A stretch of DNA of 41,941 nt from Clostridiaceae bacterium (GCA_012839865.1 DUMO01000012.1:1-41941); one strand, 5' to 3'. Shown: positions 27,685 through 36,740, counted from the stretch's first letter. A program made the numbers and translations. Notes: generated by a model from the letters alone, not told the origin.

Positions 27685-27860
27685 ACCAGGGGGACGGTTC
27701 TTGCGGTTCCCTCTGGCAAAGCGCCAGGCCAGGCCGGGACAGGACAGGGGACGGTTCTGTGTTTTATTTGGAGACAGTGGTCTTCACGGACCAGGCAGTG
27801 GCAGGAACCGTCCCCCTAATCCCGCGCTGAGACACAGAACCGTCCCCTGTCCCGCCCACA
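27685..27860. repeat. Cluster of four REP-like units (two forward, two reverse); non-autonomous REPIN/MITE-like element
   Basis: GGGACGGTT at 27691 (+), 27748 (+), 27806 (-) and 27838 (-). The reverse complement of 27831-27860 is 29/30 identical to 39388-39417, which flanks the RAYT. Confidence 0.85.
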
Positions 27861-27916
27861 TAGTGCTTGTAATTACAGGAAAAAAATGATAATATAAGCA
27901 AGAAGCCTATGTAAAT

Positions 27917-29053
27917 GTGAGGATTAGGAATGTTATTATGTATTACAATATAAATTTCTTTGATAAAATTATCATTTTCATTTGTTGCCTGATTGTCTAC
28001 CTTAGCCAGCTAGTCTTCAGCATCAGTGTCGCAGTTGTACTTGTCAGTATTATATTTGGCGGATTCTTAAGCTACTTTGATGACTTTCGGCCAAGAATGG
28101 TTTTGACTGTTGGCTTTTCGGTTCTGGCTTGCTTTGTGCAGGCATTGATTTTTTTCCTGCCGATAATAGCGTATGATATGTTTTTCAACCGTAGCGGTAA
28201 AAGCAATACTTCCATATACCAATACAGTTTTCAGTTTATTAACCTTTTGGGACTAATCCCGGTTTTAAATTTCTTTCAGACTGTGCCATCAGAAATCATA
28301 TCAATCGTAACAGCCATGCTTGCGTTCTCGCTGCTGCTAAGGTACCGCTCAGAAAACCAGTTTAAGCTGCATGCAAAGAATTATGAGCTGATGGATGCTG
28401 CAAGGGAAATGACTATCAAATTGGAGAACCAGGGCAGGGAGTTGATGGAAAAGCAAGACTTTGAGCTAAACCTTGCCACCCTCAATGAGAGAAACCGGAT
28501 AGCCCGGGAGATTCATGACAATGTGGGGCATCTGCTTTCCAGTGCCATCCTGCAGTCAGGTGCACTGCTTTCCATCTGCCATGATAAAAAAATAAAAGAA
28601 AACCTTAAAGCCCTCAAAGACACATTGGACCAGGCCATGAACAGTATAAGAAAAAGTGTTCATCAGTTATATGACGAATCCATTGATCTTGATACGAAAG
28701 TAAGAGAAATAATCGGCCAGTTCACTTTCTGTGATGTTAGCTATGATTATAGCATCAGCACAAATCCGGGCAGAAAATTGAAATACACATTTATAACCGT
28801 TGTAAAGGAAGCCCTGGCAAATATAATAAAACATTCGAACGCGACGCATGTGGAAATCATATTCCGGGAGCATCCTGCGATTTACCAACTGATTATCCGG
28901 GATAACGGTACTGTGGACAAGTTTTCAACAGATGAAGGTATGGGTCTTAAGAACATGACTGACAGGGTATATTCACTTAACGGAAACATAAACATTACTG
29001 CCAAAAACGGTTTTGAAATTTTCATCTCCGTTCCAAAGGAGGGTGCCTGTTGA
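27917..29053 (+). CDS. Membrane sensor histidine kinase, HisKA_3 (NarX/DesK/LnrJ-like)
   Basis: ERNRIAREIHDNVGH H-box, KEALANIIKHS N-box, DNG and GMGLKNM motifs. The start could instead be ATG 27938. Confidence 0.93.
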   Translation: MRIRNVIMYYNINFFDKIIIFICCLIVYLSQLVFSISVAVVLVSIIFGGFLSYFDDFRPRMVLTVGFSVLACFVQALIFFLPIIAYDMFFNRSGKSNTSIYQYSFQFINLLGLIPVLNFFQTVPSEIISIVTAMLAFSLLLRYRSENQFKLHAKNYELMDAAREMTIKLENQGRELMEKQDFELNLATLNERNRIAREIHDNVGHLLSSAILQSGALLSICHDKKIKENLKALKDTLDQAMNSIRKSVHQLYDESIDLDTKVREIIGQFTFCDVSYDYSISTNPGRKLKYTFITVVKEALANIIKHSNATHVEIIFREHPAIYQLIIRDNGTVDKFSTDEGMGLKNMTDRVYSLNGNINITAKNGFEIFISVPKEGAC

Positions 29054-29682
29054 AAGTATTGATAATAGATGATGACAAACTGGTTTGTGCATCACTTAAA
29101 ACAATATTGGAGTCGGATCCGGACATTGAAGTAGTGGGAACAGGAAACAGCGGCCGGGAAGCTGTTGAATTATACGGCAAGCTAAAACCGGATATTCTGC
29201 TGATGGATATCAGAATGGAGGGTATTACAGGAATTGAGGCTGCACAATCAATTCTTGCCCGGGACAAGGATGCAAAAATTCTGTTTCTGACCACATTTTT
29301 GGATAACGAATATATTGTCAGAGCTTTTCAGATCGGGGCCAAAGGATACATATTAAAACAGGATTTTGAAAGCATAAACCCGTCGGTAAAGGCTGTATAT
29401 ACAGGACAGAGGGTTTTCGGGGATGAAATCATTTCAAAATTTTCACCGGTAGCTGTAAGCAGCGCTGCAGATGACACCCAAACCAATATAAAAAAATACG
29501 GGTTGAGTGAAAGAGAACTGGAAATAATCAAGCATGTGGCCAATGGTTTGTCAAACAAAGAAATTGCAAAAAAAATGTTTTTAAGTGAAGGAACAGTTCG
29601 GAATTATATAAGTGTTGTTCTGGAAAAATTGAATTTGAGGGGCCGAACCCAGCTTGCTGTATTTTACTATAAGCATAGTTGA
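29050..29682 (+). CDS. NarL/LuxR-family response regulator
   Basis: LIIDDD, LLMDIRM and FLTTF receiver motifs; HTH LSERE...GLSNKEIAKKMFLSEGTVRNY. Confidence 0.95.
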   Translation: MKVLIIDDDKLVCASLKTILESDPDIEVVGTGNSGREAVELYGKLKPDILLMDIRMEGITGIEAAQSILARDKDAKILFLTTFLDNEYIVRAFQIGAKGYILKQDFESINPSVKAVYTGQRVFGDEIISKFSPVAVSSAADDTQTNIKKYGLSERELEIIKHVANGLSNKEIAKKMFLSEGTVRNYISVVLEKLNLRGRTQLAVFYYKHS

Positions 29683-29777
29683 AAATTGGTCATACAACAT
29701 GACGCAGTTGTGAAAAGATGTTATTATTGTATCGAAGAGGGGATATATAAATTAGGTTTATTAACTGAAAAAGGAAG

Positions 29778-30998
29778 ATGGAGATGAGTCTTAATCAGAT
29801 GTTTATCCAAAGAAGCAAGGTTCCCCAGAGCGAGCTGGATTTACGATTGAAGCGTTTTTACGGCTACACGGATATATATTACCCTTCCTGGGAAACGGCA
29901 GTTATTTTCAGCAAGGTCAATTTATATTACTTCACAGGAACCATGCAGGATGGAATGCTTTTAATAAGAAAAGGCAGCGAACCTGTTCTATGGGTGCGAA
30001 GAAGTATTGAAAGGGCCCTGGATGAGTCTTCGTTTCCATGCATTAAGCATATGAGCAGTTTCCGTGACGCAGCTTTAAATTTTGAACATAAAGAGGACAT
30101 TATCCACACCGAAACTGAAAATGTACCTCTGGCGCACTGGCAAAGGTTCAGGAAGCATTTTCCCTGCAGGGATGCAGGATCCCTTGACAAGCAGATTTCA
30201 TTGACAAGAGCGGTAAAGAGTGAATACGAGCTTTCCATAATGAAAGATGCCGGGAAAAAGCATGCCCGGGTGTTGGAAGAACTGGTACCCGGTATCCTCA
30301 GGGAAGGGATGAGTGAAGCAGAGTTTGCTGCAGAGCTGTACAAAGTGATGGTAAAGGAGGGACACCAGGGTGTCATCAGGTTTGCAATGTATGATACCGA
30401 GGTTGTAATGGGGCACATGTGCTTCGGTGAAAGCTCAATTTATCCCTCATATTTTGACGGGCCTGGCGGACTCTACGGAATGAGTGCTGCAGTACCGGTT
30501 TTTGCCAGCCGGGAAAGAAAGCTTAAAAAGGGCGACCTGGTTTATGTGGACGTAGCCTTTGGATCTGAAGGGTACCACACCGACAAAACCATGACATATG
30601 TTTTTGGCGGCAAGTTGCCTGAGGATGCTGTAAAAATTCACAAACAATGTGTGGAAATTCAGGATCGCACCGCTGAGATGCTCAAGCCCGGGGAGATACC
30701 TGAAAATATATACAAGAAAAGCATGGATGGCCTTGATGCCGGTTTTATAAGAAACTTTATGGGTTTCGGTGAAAGACAGGCAAAATTCTTAGGCCACGGA
30801 ATAGGTCTCCATGTGGACGAATGGCCTGTTATAGCCAAGGGATTCAAAGATCCTCTTCAGGAAGGAATGGTATTTGCCCTTGAACCCAAAAAGGGCATTG
30901 AAAATATAGGAATGGTAGGTATCGAAAATACATTCATCGTTACACCGGAAGGCGGCCAATGCATCACTGGAGGCAACAAAGGTCTGATTCAGGTATAA
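29778..30998 (+). CDS. Xaa-Pro peptidase family (M24) protein with creatinase-like N-domain
   Basis: DVAFGSEGYHTDKT, GHGIGLHVDE, FALEP and GIENT metal-ligand motifs. Confidence 0.9.
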   Translation: MEMSLNQMFIQRSKVPQSELDLRLKRFYGYTDIYYPSWETAVIFSKVNLYYFTGTMQDGMLLIRKGSEPVLWVRRSIERALDESSFPCIKHMSSFRDAALNFEHKEDIIHTETENVPLAHWQRFRKHFPCRDAGSLDKQISLTRAVKSEYELSIMKDAGKKHARVLEELVPGILREGMSEAEFAAELYKVMVKEGHQGVIRFAMYDTEVVMGHMCFGESSIYPSYFDGPGGLYGMSAAVPVFASRERKLKKGDLVYVDVAFGSEGYHTDKTMTYVFGGKLPEDAVKIHKQCVEIQDRTAEMLKPGEIPENIYKKSMDGLDAGFIRNFMGFGERQAKFLGHGIGLHVDEWPVIAKGFKDPLQEGMVFALEPKKGIENIGMVGIENTFIVTPEGGQCITGGNKGLIQV

Positions 30999-31157
30999 GC
31001 GAAATCAAAAGGTTTTGTTCCGGTACAAACAAAATCGAAAGGTTTTACCCCGGTATGGGCGAGTCCTTGCATAAGGAAATTGAAAGTCTGGTTCCTGTAT
31101 AGGTGTGATCTACAGGCTTTGTTCCGGTATAAGCAAAATCGATAGGTTTTCTGCAGG
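30977..31157. repeat. Degenerate ~30-bp tandem repeat, about 5.5 units
   Basis: Units such as AAAAGGTTTTGTTCCGGTACAAACAAAATC (31007-31036) and TACAGGCTTTGTTCCGGTATAAGCAAAATC (31111-31140), interrupted by a 15-bp insert. Confidence 0.7.
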
Positions 31158-31193
31158 AGAAGTTGATTTTTTCCACAAATGAAACAGAGAGGC

Positions 31194-31258
31194 TTGGAAA
31201 GCTTTGCACCTTAACCATAGGTGCATTTTTTATGGATATCAAGGTGCAAAGCTTCCAA
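31194..31258. terminator. Terminator/inverted repeat between convergent genes
   Basis: TGCACCT-TAACCAT-AGGTGCA plus T run, nested inside an 18-bp inverted repeat (31194-31212/31241-31258). Confidence 0.6.
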
Positions 31259-31352
31259 TAGTCGAGCAAACACTTATCTTGACATGCTGCCTTTTTTATT
31301 ATGGATAATTACGGATTTTTGCAAAGCAAGTATTCTTTTGATAAGATACCCG

Positions 31353-33146
31353 TCAGTTTTCATCATAACCGACAACAGTCCATATTCCAGTGCTGTCCTG
31401 CCGGATTAGTTTTTCAAGATATACTCTTCTGACAGGAGATTCAACGGTTACCTCAATTATTGCTCTTGCTCCGTTGTTATATTTTACTTCCAATGCTTCG
31501 TATGCCACCGGATAATCTCCCTCCATGCCATCCGGAAATATCTTCAAACTTACAAAAACCTGCGAAGTAAATACCGGGTCAAGTCGCCAGGGTGTATGGC
31601 CTCCGTCAACACTTTTTTGCTCATTATTCTCTATTTCCATATTAACTGCTACTTTAACCTGAGGCTCGAATTCCTGATCCCGGCTTTCTTCAGGGAATTC
31701 CACACTTTCTCCGGTGATTGCACTGATAAATTCCGCCAATTCTTTAAGGGAGGCATTCCCCACCACCGCATAATCATATTCGGCATCCTGCCAGTGGATG
31801 GAACTGATATCCGTAATACCTGCATATAACCCTGACGACAACACACCGTAGGATTCGGCAAGCGGGGACATGATTTCGGCGGCGTTCTCTCCAACCTTGC
31901 CTAAAACTGCAGTTGAAGCTGCTTTAAAAGAATCGGTTGCCCTGCCCTGGAGGAAAATTACCTTATTTTGTCCTGCTCTTGAAGTGTAATGAAACTTGAT
32001 TATCTTACCGGAAGTTGCAACTGAGATTCCGTCTAATTCATATTCCTCATGATTGATCAGAGGCGCAATGGGAGCAAATCCTGCCAGCATTTGTGCTTCT
32101 TCAGCATCATTGACCATTTGCTCCGGATTTGTCACTACTACCGAATATCCTTCAGGAATACGGTAACTTAGAACTTCGGCCGGTATTCTGCTGTTCAACT
32201 CAATTTCAGTATATGTTACCTTGTACTGCAGTGCATTTTGCATGGACGTTTCTTTTTGCAGGGGCAGTTTCGTCTCCTTGTCAACCCAAATTTTATAGGT
32301 TTGCCCTCCATGGGGTGATACTTCAAAGATGACTGCATCTCTTCCCGCTACTGTTTCTTCCCCGCAGGCTGTAACTTTTGCCGCATTCTTTACATAGTTT
32401 ACTTCATTGTCGAGTTCAAATGTGAACCGGTATGCATCCGGAAAGGCTTCAAACAGATAAACCTTTTCTTCATCAGGGCGAACCTGCCATTTCTTTTCCC
32501 CATTGTTTACTGTAACAAAACCTTCATTGATACCATCTAGCTCTTTTACCCAATACCTGCCCTTTTTGTCTGTATAAACTTCACGCTTTGCCTGTATGAA
32601 TTCCTCACCGTTCTTATTTGTCATTACAATTTCAAGAATGCCATGGTAAGACTGAACATCCTCGATAGCTCTCTCCATTGCAAGTACAATATTAGTCCTG
32701 GCAATTGGCGGAATTGCCAGACTTAGTGCAAATACCAGCATAAGTATTGCGGCAATTGCAGTTCCGGCAATCTTGCGTCGCATTTGTACGGCTGATTTTT
32801 TTGAAATTTGCCCGGTTACACCTTCTCTTCCATAGTCTTTTTGCTTGCAGCAGACCTGAGAAGTTTTTAATGTCTCACCTTCAGCGCTTCCTCTTTGCTT
32901 CTCTTCCTGCTTGCTGCAAACCTCAGAGGCTTTTGACCCATGAGCAGCGATACTCGCAGCCAGACGTTTTGGGAACCCATCCTCCGGCAATGTTGGTTCT
33001 TTAAGTGTGCGTACCAACCTCACAGTTTTTGACAACATTTTAAATCGCCTGGAAGAATGCATGTTTTCATGTTCCAAAGGTTGTTGTTCGATATTCAGCC
33101 TGTCTATATAGTCTGAAATTCTTTTTATGTTGTTTATCAATTTCAT
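31353..33146 (-). CDS. Putative anti-sigma factor with LolA/RseB-like extracytoplasmic domain
   Basis: Directly downstream of the ECF sigma; one TM helix (IAGTAIAAILMLVFALSLAI). LolA/RseB-type strings VTVNNGEKKWQ, ETVAGRDAVIFEV and KIWVDKETKLPLQ. Start ATG 33146 (RBS GAGGGG). Confidence 0.7.
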   Translation of the reverse strand: MKLINNIKRISDYIDRLNIEQQPLEHENMHSSRRFKMLSKTVRLVRTLKEPTLPEDGFPKRLAASIAAHGSKASEVCSKQEEKQRGSAEGETLKTSQVCCKQKDYGREGVTGQISKKSAVQMRRKIAGTAIAAILMLVFALSLAIPPIARTNIVLAMERAIEDVQSYHGILEIVMTNKNGEEFIQAKREVYTDKKGRYWVKELDGINEGFVTVNNGEKKWQVRPDEEKVYLFEAFPDAYRFTFELDNEVNYVKNAAKVTACGEETVAGRDAVIFEVSPHGGQTYKIWVDKETKLPLQKETSMQNALQYKVTYTEIELNSRIPAEVLSYRIPEGYSVVVTNPEQMVNDAEEAQMLAGFAPIAPLINHEEYELDGISVATSGKIIKFHYTSRAGQNKVIFLQGRATDSFKAASTAVLGKVGENAAEIMSPLAESYGVLSSGLYAGITDISSIHWQDAEYDYAVVGNASLKELAEFISAITGESVEFPEESRDQEFEPQVKVAVNMEIENNEQKSVDGGHTPWRLDPVFTSQVFVSLKIFPDGMEGDYPVAYEALEVKYNNGARAIIEVTVESPVRRVYLEKLIRQDSTGIWTVVGYDEN

Positions 33147-33156
33147 TTCCCCTCTT

Positions 33157-33691
33157 TCAAGTATTCTTGCCCAGGAATTTCGCAAGTGTATGTAACGCCC
33201 GGTATTGCAGCACCCGGACAGTTACCTCTTTTTTATTCATCTTTACTGCCGTGTCATGCACAGAGTAGCCTTGAATAATTCTTAGTTCAATAACTTTACG
33301 CTGGTCCTCATTCAAGGTGTTCAACCCGCTTTTTATCAACTCCCGAAGTGCAATAAGTTCCGTATCGTCCAATACTGAAGATTCTTCAGGACTTATGGCA
33401 TCAAGGCAAATATCACTGCCACGTCTTTTTATATTACGCCACTTATCTCGAAGAACATTCAAAGCAACTTTTTTTTAAAAAGCTTATAAATTTATCATGG
33501 CGAATATTATTCTTTTTCAGGTAGTCAAGTACTTTTATAAATGCCTCCTGTGTAATATCCTCAGCTTCCTGGCGGTTCTGAACCCTGAAATAAATATACC
33601 GGTAAACCGGTTCCCACGTAATGGCACAAATATCTTCAATTGCCTGTTGATCACCTTCCCGGGCCTTTTTCAGAGTATCTTCATTCAACAT
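33157..33691 (-). pseudogene. ECF sigma factor split by a +1 frameshift in an A8 tract
   Basis: Region 2 lies in ORF 33443-33691 (EAEDITQEAF) and region 4 in ORF 33157-33462 (LNEDQRKVIELR...VRVLQYRAL). Removing one A from 33469-33476 restores FLKKVALNVLRDKWR and a 177-aa ORF. Confidence 0.9.
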
Positions 33692-33737
33692 TTTTTATGC
33701 TCCTTACTTTGCTGACCTGTATGCATACATTTATATG

Positions 33738-33763
33738 GACGATTCAAATCCATTTATGTTACA
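33738..33763 (-). promoter_or_regulatory. ECF (SigV/X/M-like) promoter upstream of the frameshifted sigma
   Basis: TGTAAC-N16-CGTC, the canonical Bacillus ECF consensus. Confidence 0.7.
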
Positions 33764-33805
33764 TTAGAATTCAATTTTGGGAAAAGAAATCATTTAACAC
33801 ATAGC

Positions 33806-33875
33806 AGCAAGAAGTCTCCCGCCTCTAAGCCACCCTGCTCACTTTAGTAAAAGCGTAGGCGAGAGATGAATTGCT
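33806..33875. mobile_element. Possible IS200/IS605-type terminal hairpin remnant
   Basis: Minus strand GCAATTCATCTCTCGCCTA...GAGGCGGGAGACTTCTTGCT; arms 33815-33824 and 33857-33866. It resembles Firmicute tnpB-element ends from memory; no associated ORF. Confidence 0.45.
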
Positions 33876-33887
33876 AGATATGTTTAT

Positions 33888-33901
33888 CGAACAAATATTC
33901 G
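33888..33901. promoter_or_regulatory. Candidate LexA (SOS) box CGAACAAATATTCG
   Basis: One mismatch to the Firmicute consensus CGAAC-N4-GTTCG. Confidence 0.35.
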
Positions 33902-33914
33902 TATTATTATTGAC

Positions 33915-34430
33915 TTGCCATCCCATATAGGAATGACCTATGGCCATAGTTTTTTGGAACTATGTTTCCGAAATATGGATGCTCCGCTACTATATCATGG
34001 CTTTTATGACGCCGTGACAATACGAATGAGCTTCCTTAGGCGTTTTCGCTATTTGATGTTGAATGGTTTTTTTCTACTTGGACTTACATTAGCTGATGTA
34101 TGCATTTTGCTGATAACCGCCGGAACTTGGTTGCCCACAAGCACTTTGCTGATATTTGGTACTATTTTCGCTATGATTTTGTTCGTATTTGAAACTTTAC
34201 ACCTGGTTGTATATTACCTTCTTCAGCCCTATGCCATGGACTGCATTGTAAAGAGCCCCATTTTTAGCACGGTAAACAAAGTTGAAGGTCTTTTGACTTA
34301 TGGTATATTATTTATTCGTGGTGACATCACAAATTTACTTCTACCGATGGCAATTCTCGTATTATTAACGGCCGTAGGCTTCTTTGCTACGTTGCGTGTC
34401 GCACCACATACTTTTAAAAAGAGATCATAG
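33915..34430 (+). pseudogene. Probable C-terminal fragment of a multi-TM membrane protein
   Basis: No RBS. PLLYHGFY...YYLLQPY...APHTFKK resembles the C-terminal end of a ~550-aa Firmicute membrane/permease family (from memory). The 5' end abuts the IS-like hairpin. Confidence 0.5.
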
Positions 34431-34658
34431 ACCATAAAATAGTCCATAAACGCATTGTTATATCATGCAATAATCGTGTTTTACGCTAAGACAACCACCG
34501 CAAAGGGACAAAATCTTGCAAAATATCAACACTTTTTTTAATAAATTATTTATTTTTGTTGTGAGGTATCAGTCACCACTACAAATTGAGAAATGAATAA
34601 ACCTTTGCAGAAATTATACCTCTGGCTGATAACAAAAGGGATATCAACAGGAATCATA

Positions 34659-35288
34659 TTATTCTATAGTGCAGGTTTCGTCCGGTTTTCGCCTGAACAG
34701 AATAATTGCCCCGCTGATCAGCAAATACATTGCAACTACGACAGACCCTGCTATGTCCATATAATATGAAACAACAGAACCAGGTAAAATTAAGATTGAA
34801 GCAAGGGCTGCACACACGCAGATATCCACAAGGGATTTTGCGCGGTACAGTTTGCTCTGAACAGCAAGTATTGCATTCGGTCCGGCTTTATCGAGTCTGC
34901 GGTATCGAAACCAGAACCACGAATTAGTGGTTGCACCTAAGATTGCTATGACAAGTCCGAGTATCACATTGCCTTTTTCAGCATGGCCCGACAAAAGGGC
35001 TATAAGAATCATAACAATTCCGCTTAAGCACATAGCCAATCCAACACAATAGTTGGCAATACCCTCAAGCTTCGCTTTCTTGATTGCGTTTTCTTCATCA
35101 TCTTTATTGGTAGCGCGAAATATATACCATGAAATGATAATGGCTGCAAGCTCTGCCGTACGGCGTATAAAATCAGCAAGCTGCGTGGAAGATTTGCCAA
35201 GCATCAGCCCCACACCAAGTACAGCAGGTCCCGGGGAACTTAGCAGAACGGATGCCAGCAGCGTATTTTCACCAGATTTCGTTTTCAT
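34659..35288 (-). CDS. Cation diffusion facilitator (CDF) family transporter, TM domain only
   Basis: SSTQLADF, KLEGIA, RAKSLVD and MDIAGS CDF-like motifs; about six TM helices. Start ATG 35288 after GGGAGG. Confidence 0.7.
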   Translation of the reverse strand: MKTKSGENTLLASVLLSSPGPAVLGVGLMLGKSSTQLADFIRRTAELAAIIISWYIFRATNKDDEENAIKKAKLEGIANYCVGLAMCLSGIVMILIALLSGHAEKGNVILGLVIAILGATTNSWFWFRYRRLDKAGPNAILAVQSKLYRAKSLVDICVCAALASILILPGSVVSYYMDIAGSVVVAMYLLISGAIILFRRKPDETCTIE

Positions 35289-35348
35289 GTAAGCAAAAGC
35301 CTCCCTGCCCCTGTTTTCTGTGTGGGAAATCATATTTGCATTTCAATT

Positions 35349-36071
35349 TCATACTAAAACAAGGCCTCCCCACACCCATAACAAAGGAAGTATTGTTGCT
35401 GCTGCTGCCAAAGGACAGGTTATTGTATCATATCCTTTAAGGGTGAATAACTCCACAACCGTGCAGACTGCCGCTGTAATCGCAGCAATCGGGATATATC
35501 CATGCCATGGCAGCCCCCCGCGAATCAGCAGTACAATCATAACAGATAAAAACGAGACAACAAACATCGCAATGGTTCCTTCCATACTCTTACGGCCTTC
35601 AATCAACTTCCCTGTGACAAAGTGCTTTCCAAAGCGTTTGCCCACCAATGCGGCTGCTGCATCACCAAATCCCCATGCATATATACTTACCAGGACAAGC
35701 ATCTTATCTTTAAACAAGCCCCAGCATACAAGAATGATTATGGCAAACATTCCAAATGCAAGCAATAAGCTGCGTTTCAACTCACCGGTGCTTCGTTCAG
35801 TGAGAAATTTCGAATAGCCTTTGAACAATTCCCCGATGGAAAGTATAGTAAACACAACTATCGCGAAAATTACCGTCGCAATTACCGATATCCACCATGT
35901 TTTAAAGTAATAGACCAATATCAGCACCGAGAAAAGCAAAATGGTATGTAAGGTCTTCCGAAACAATTCAGTTGGAACTTTTAAAAAATAACGTATTAAA
36001 ACCAGGCATGCAATACATACTAAAAAATAGCCAAGCAATACACCCATGCCGGCAAATAACTCAGAAACCAT
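35349..36071 (-). CDS. Diacylglycerol/polyprenol (phytol/dolichol) kinase family, CTP-transferase fold
   Basis: ELFRKTLH, WGFGDAAAALVGKRFG, KSMEGT, ELF and DTITCP motifs. Confidence 0.85.
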   Translation of the reverse strand: MVSELFAGMGVLLGYFLVCIACLVLIRYFLKVPTELFRKTLHTILLFSVLILVYYFKTWWISVIATVIFAIVVFTILSIGELFKGYSKFLTERSTGELKRSLLLAFGMFAIIILVCWGLFKDKMLVLVSIYAWGFGDAAAALVGKRFGKHFVTGKLIEGRKSMEGTIAMFVVSFLSVMIVLLIRGGLPWHGYIPIAAITAAVCTVVELFTLKGYDTITCPLAAAATILPLLWVWGGLVLV

Positions 36072-36517
36072 TACTTAAATCTAACTCCTTGCGATTGAAT
36101 ATTTTGGCTGACACGTACAAGTAAAGTGGAGACATGTTCCAACTCTTCTTCTGTGATGTTACCTTTCAGGGTCTCATAAACATTGTTGTATACATTTGAA
36201 ACGAGTGTGCTGATTTCATTTGCCTTTTCAGTTAAAGTAATTCTGTTCGCCCGGGCAATCTCCGGGTGCTGTTCACGTTTAACATAACCTTTATCCACAA
36301 GTGAATCAATAGTTCGGGAAACAGCTGCTTTTCCCACATCAAGCCGCTCTGTCAGTTCCTCCTGAGTCAATCCCCTGCTTTCTGAAACTAATTGAAAAAG
36401 GATGTCTCCCTCGGAGCTTGTAAGGCCCAACGGCTCCAATTTTGTATTGATTAATTGTCTTGCAGAACGAAGTACTGATTTCAAGCTCAGCCAAAATTCC
36501 TGCATTGTAAGCATCAT
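36071..36517 (-). CDS. MarR-family transcriptional regulator
   Basis: LTQEELTERLDVGKAAVSRTIDSLVDKGYVKRE winged helix and RITLTEKA. The TAATG overlap couples it to the kinase gene. Confidence 0.92.
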   Translation of the reverse strand: MMLTMQEFWLSLKSVLRSARQLINTKLEPLGLTSSEGDILFQLVSESRGLTQEELTERLDVGKAAVSRTIDSLVDKGYVKREQHPEIARANRITLTEKANEISTLVSNVYNNVYETLKGNITEEELEHVSTLLVRVSQNIQSQGVRFK

Positions 36518-36569
36518 ATATCGCTCCAAACTGTACGCCAGATAATTAATTATACTATAGGATGGTTGA

Positions 36570-36740
36570 CTAGTCAACTATATATTGATTTTTACTTTTC
36601 AGCTTCAATTGAAACCAAAAAATACTGCCTTTTCCTTCCTTGGATTCAACACCGCACACACCATCGTGCATTTCAATGACTTTTTTGACAATGGATAGTC
36701 CGAAACCAGTACCCATTATACTTTCCGCCAGGTTGTAATT
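36570..36740 (-). pseudogene. Orphan C-terminal fragment of a histidine kinase HATPase_c domain
   Basis: GTGFGLSIVKKVIEMHDGVCGVESKEGKGSIFWFQL (G2 box to C-terminus); the upstream sequence is not kinase-like. Confidence 0.75.

Noticed and set aside
27570..27889. ORFs 27668-27889, 27610-27819 and the N-terminal extension of the ABC ATPase
   Set aside because: These are open frames created by the GC-rich REP cluster (GQGTVL/RTVPCP peptides), as also seen in ORF 40157-40471.
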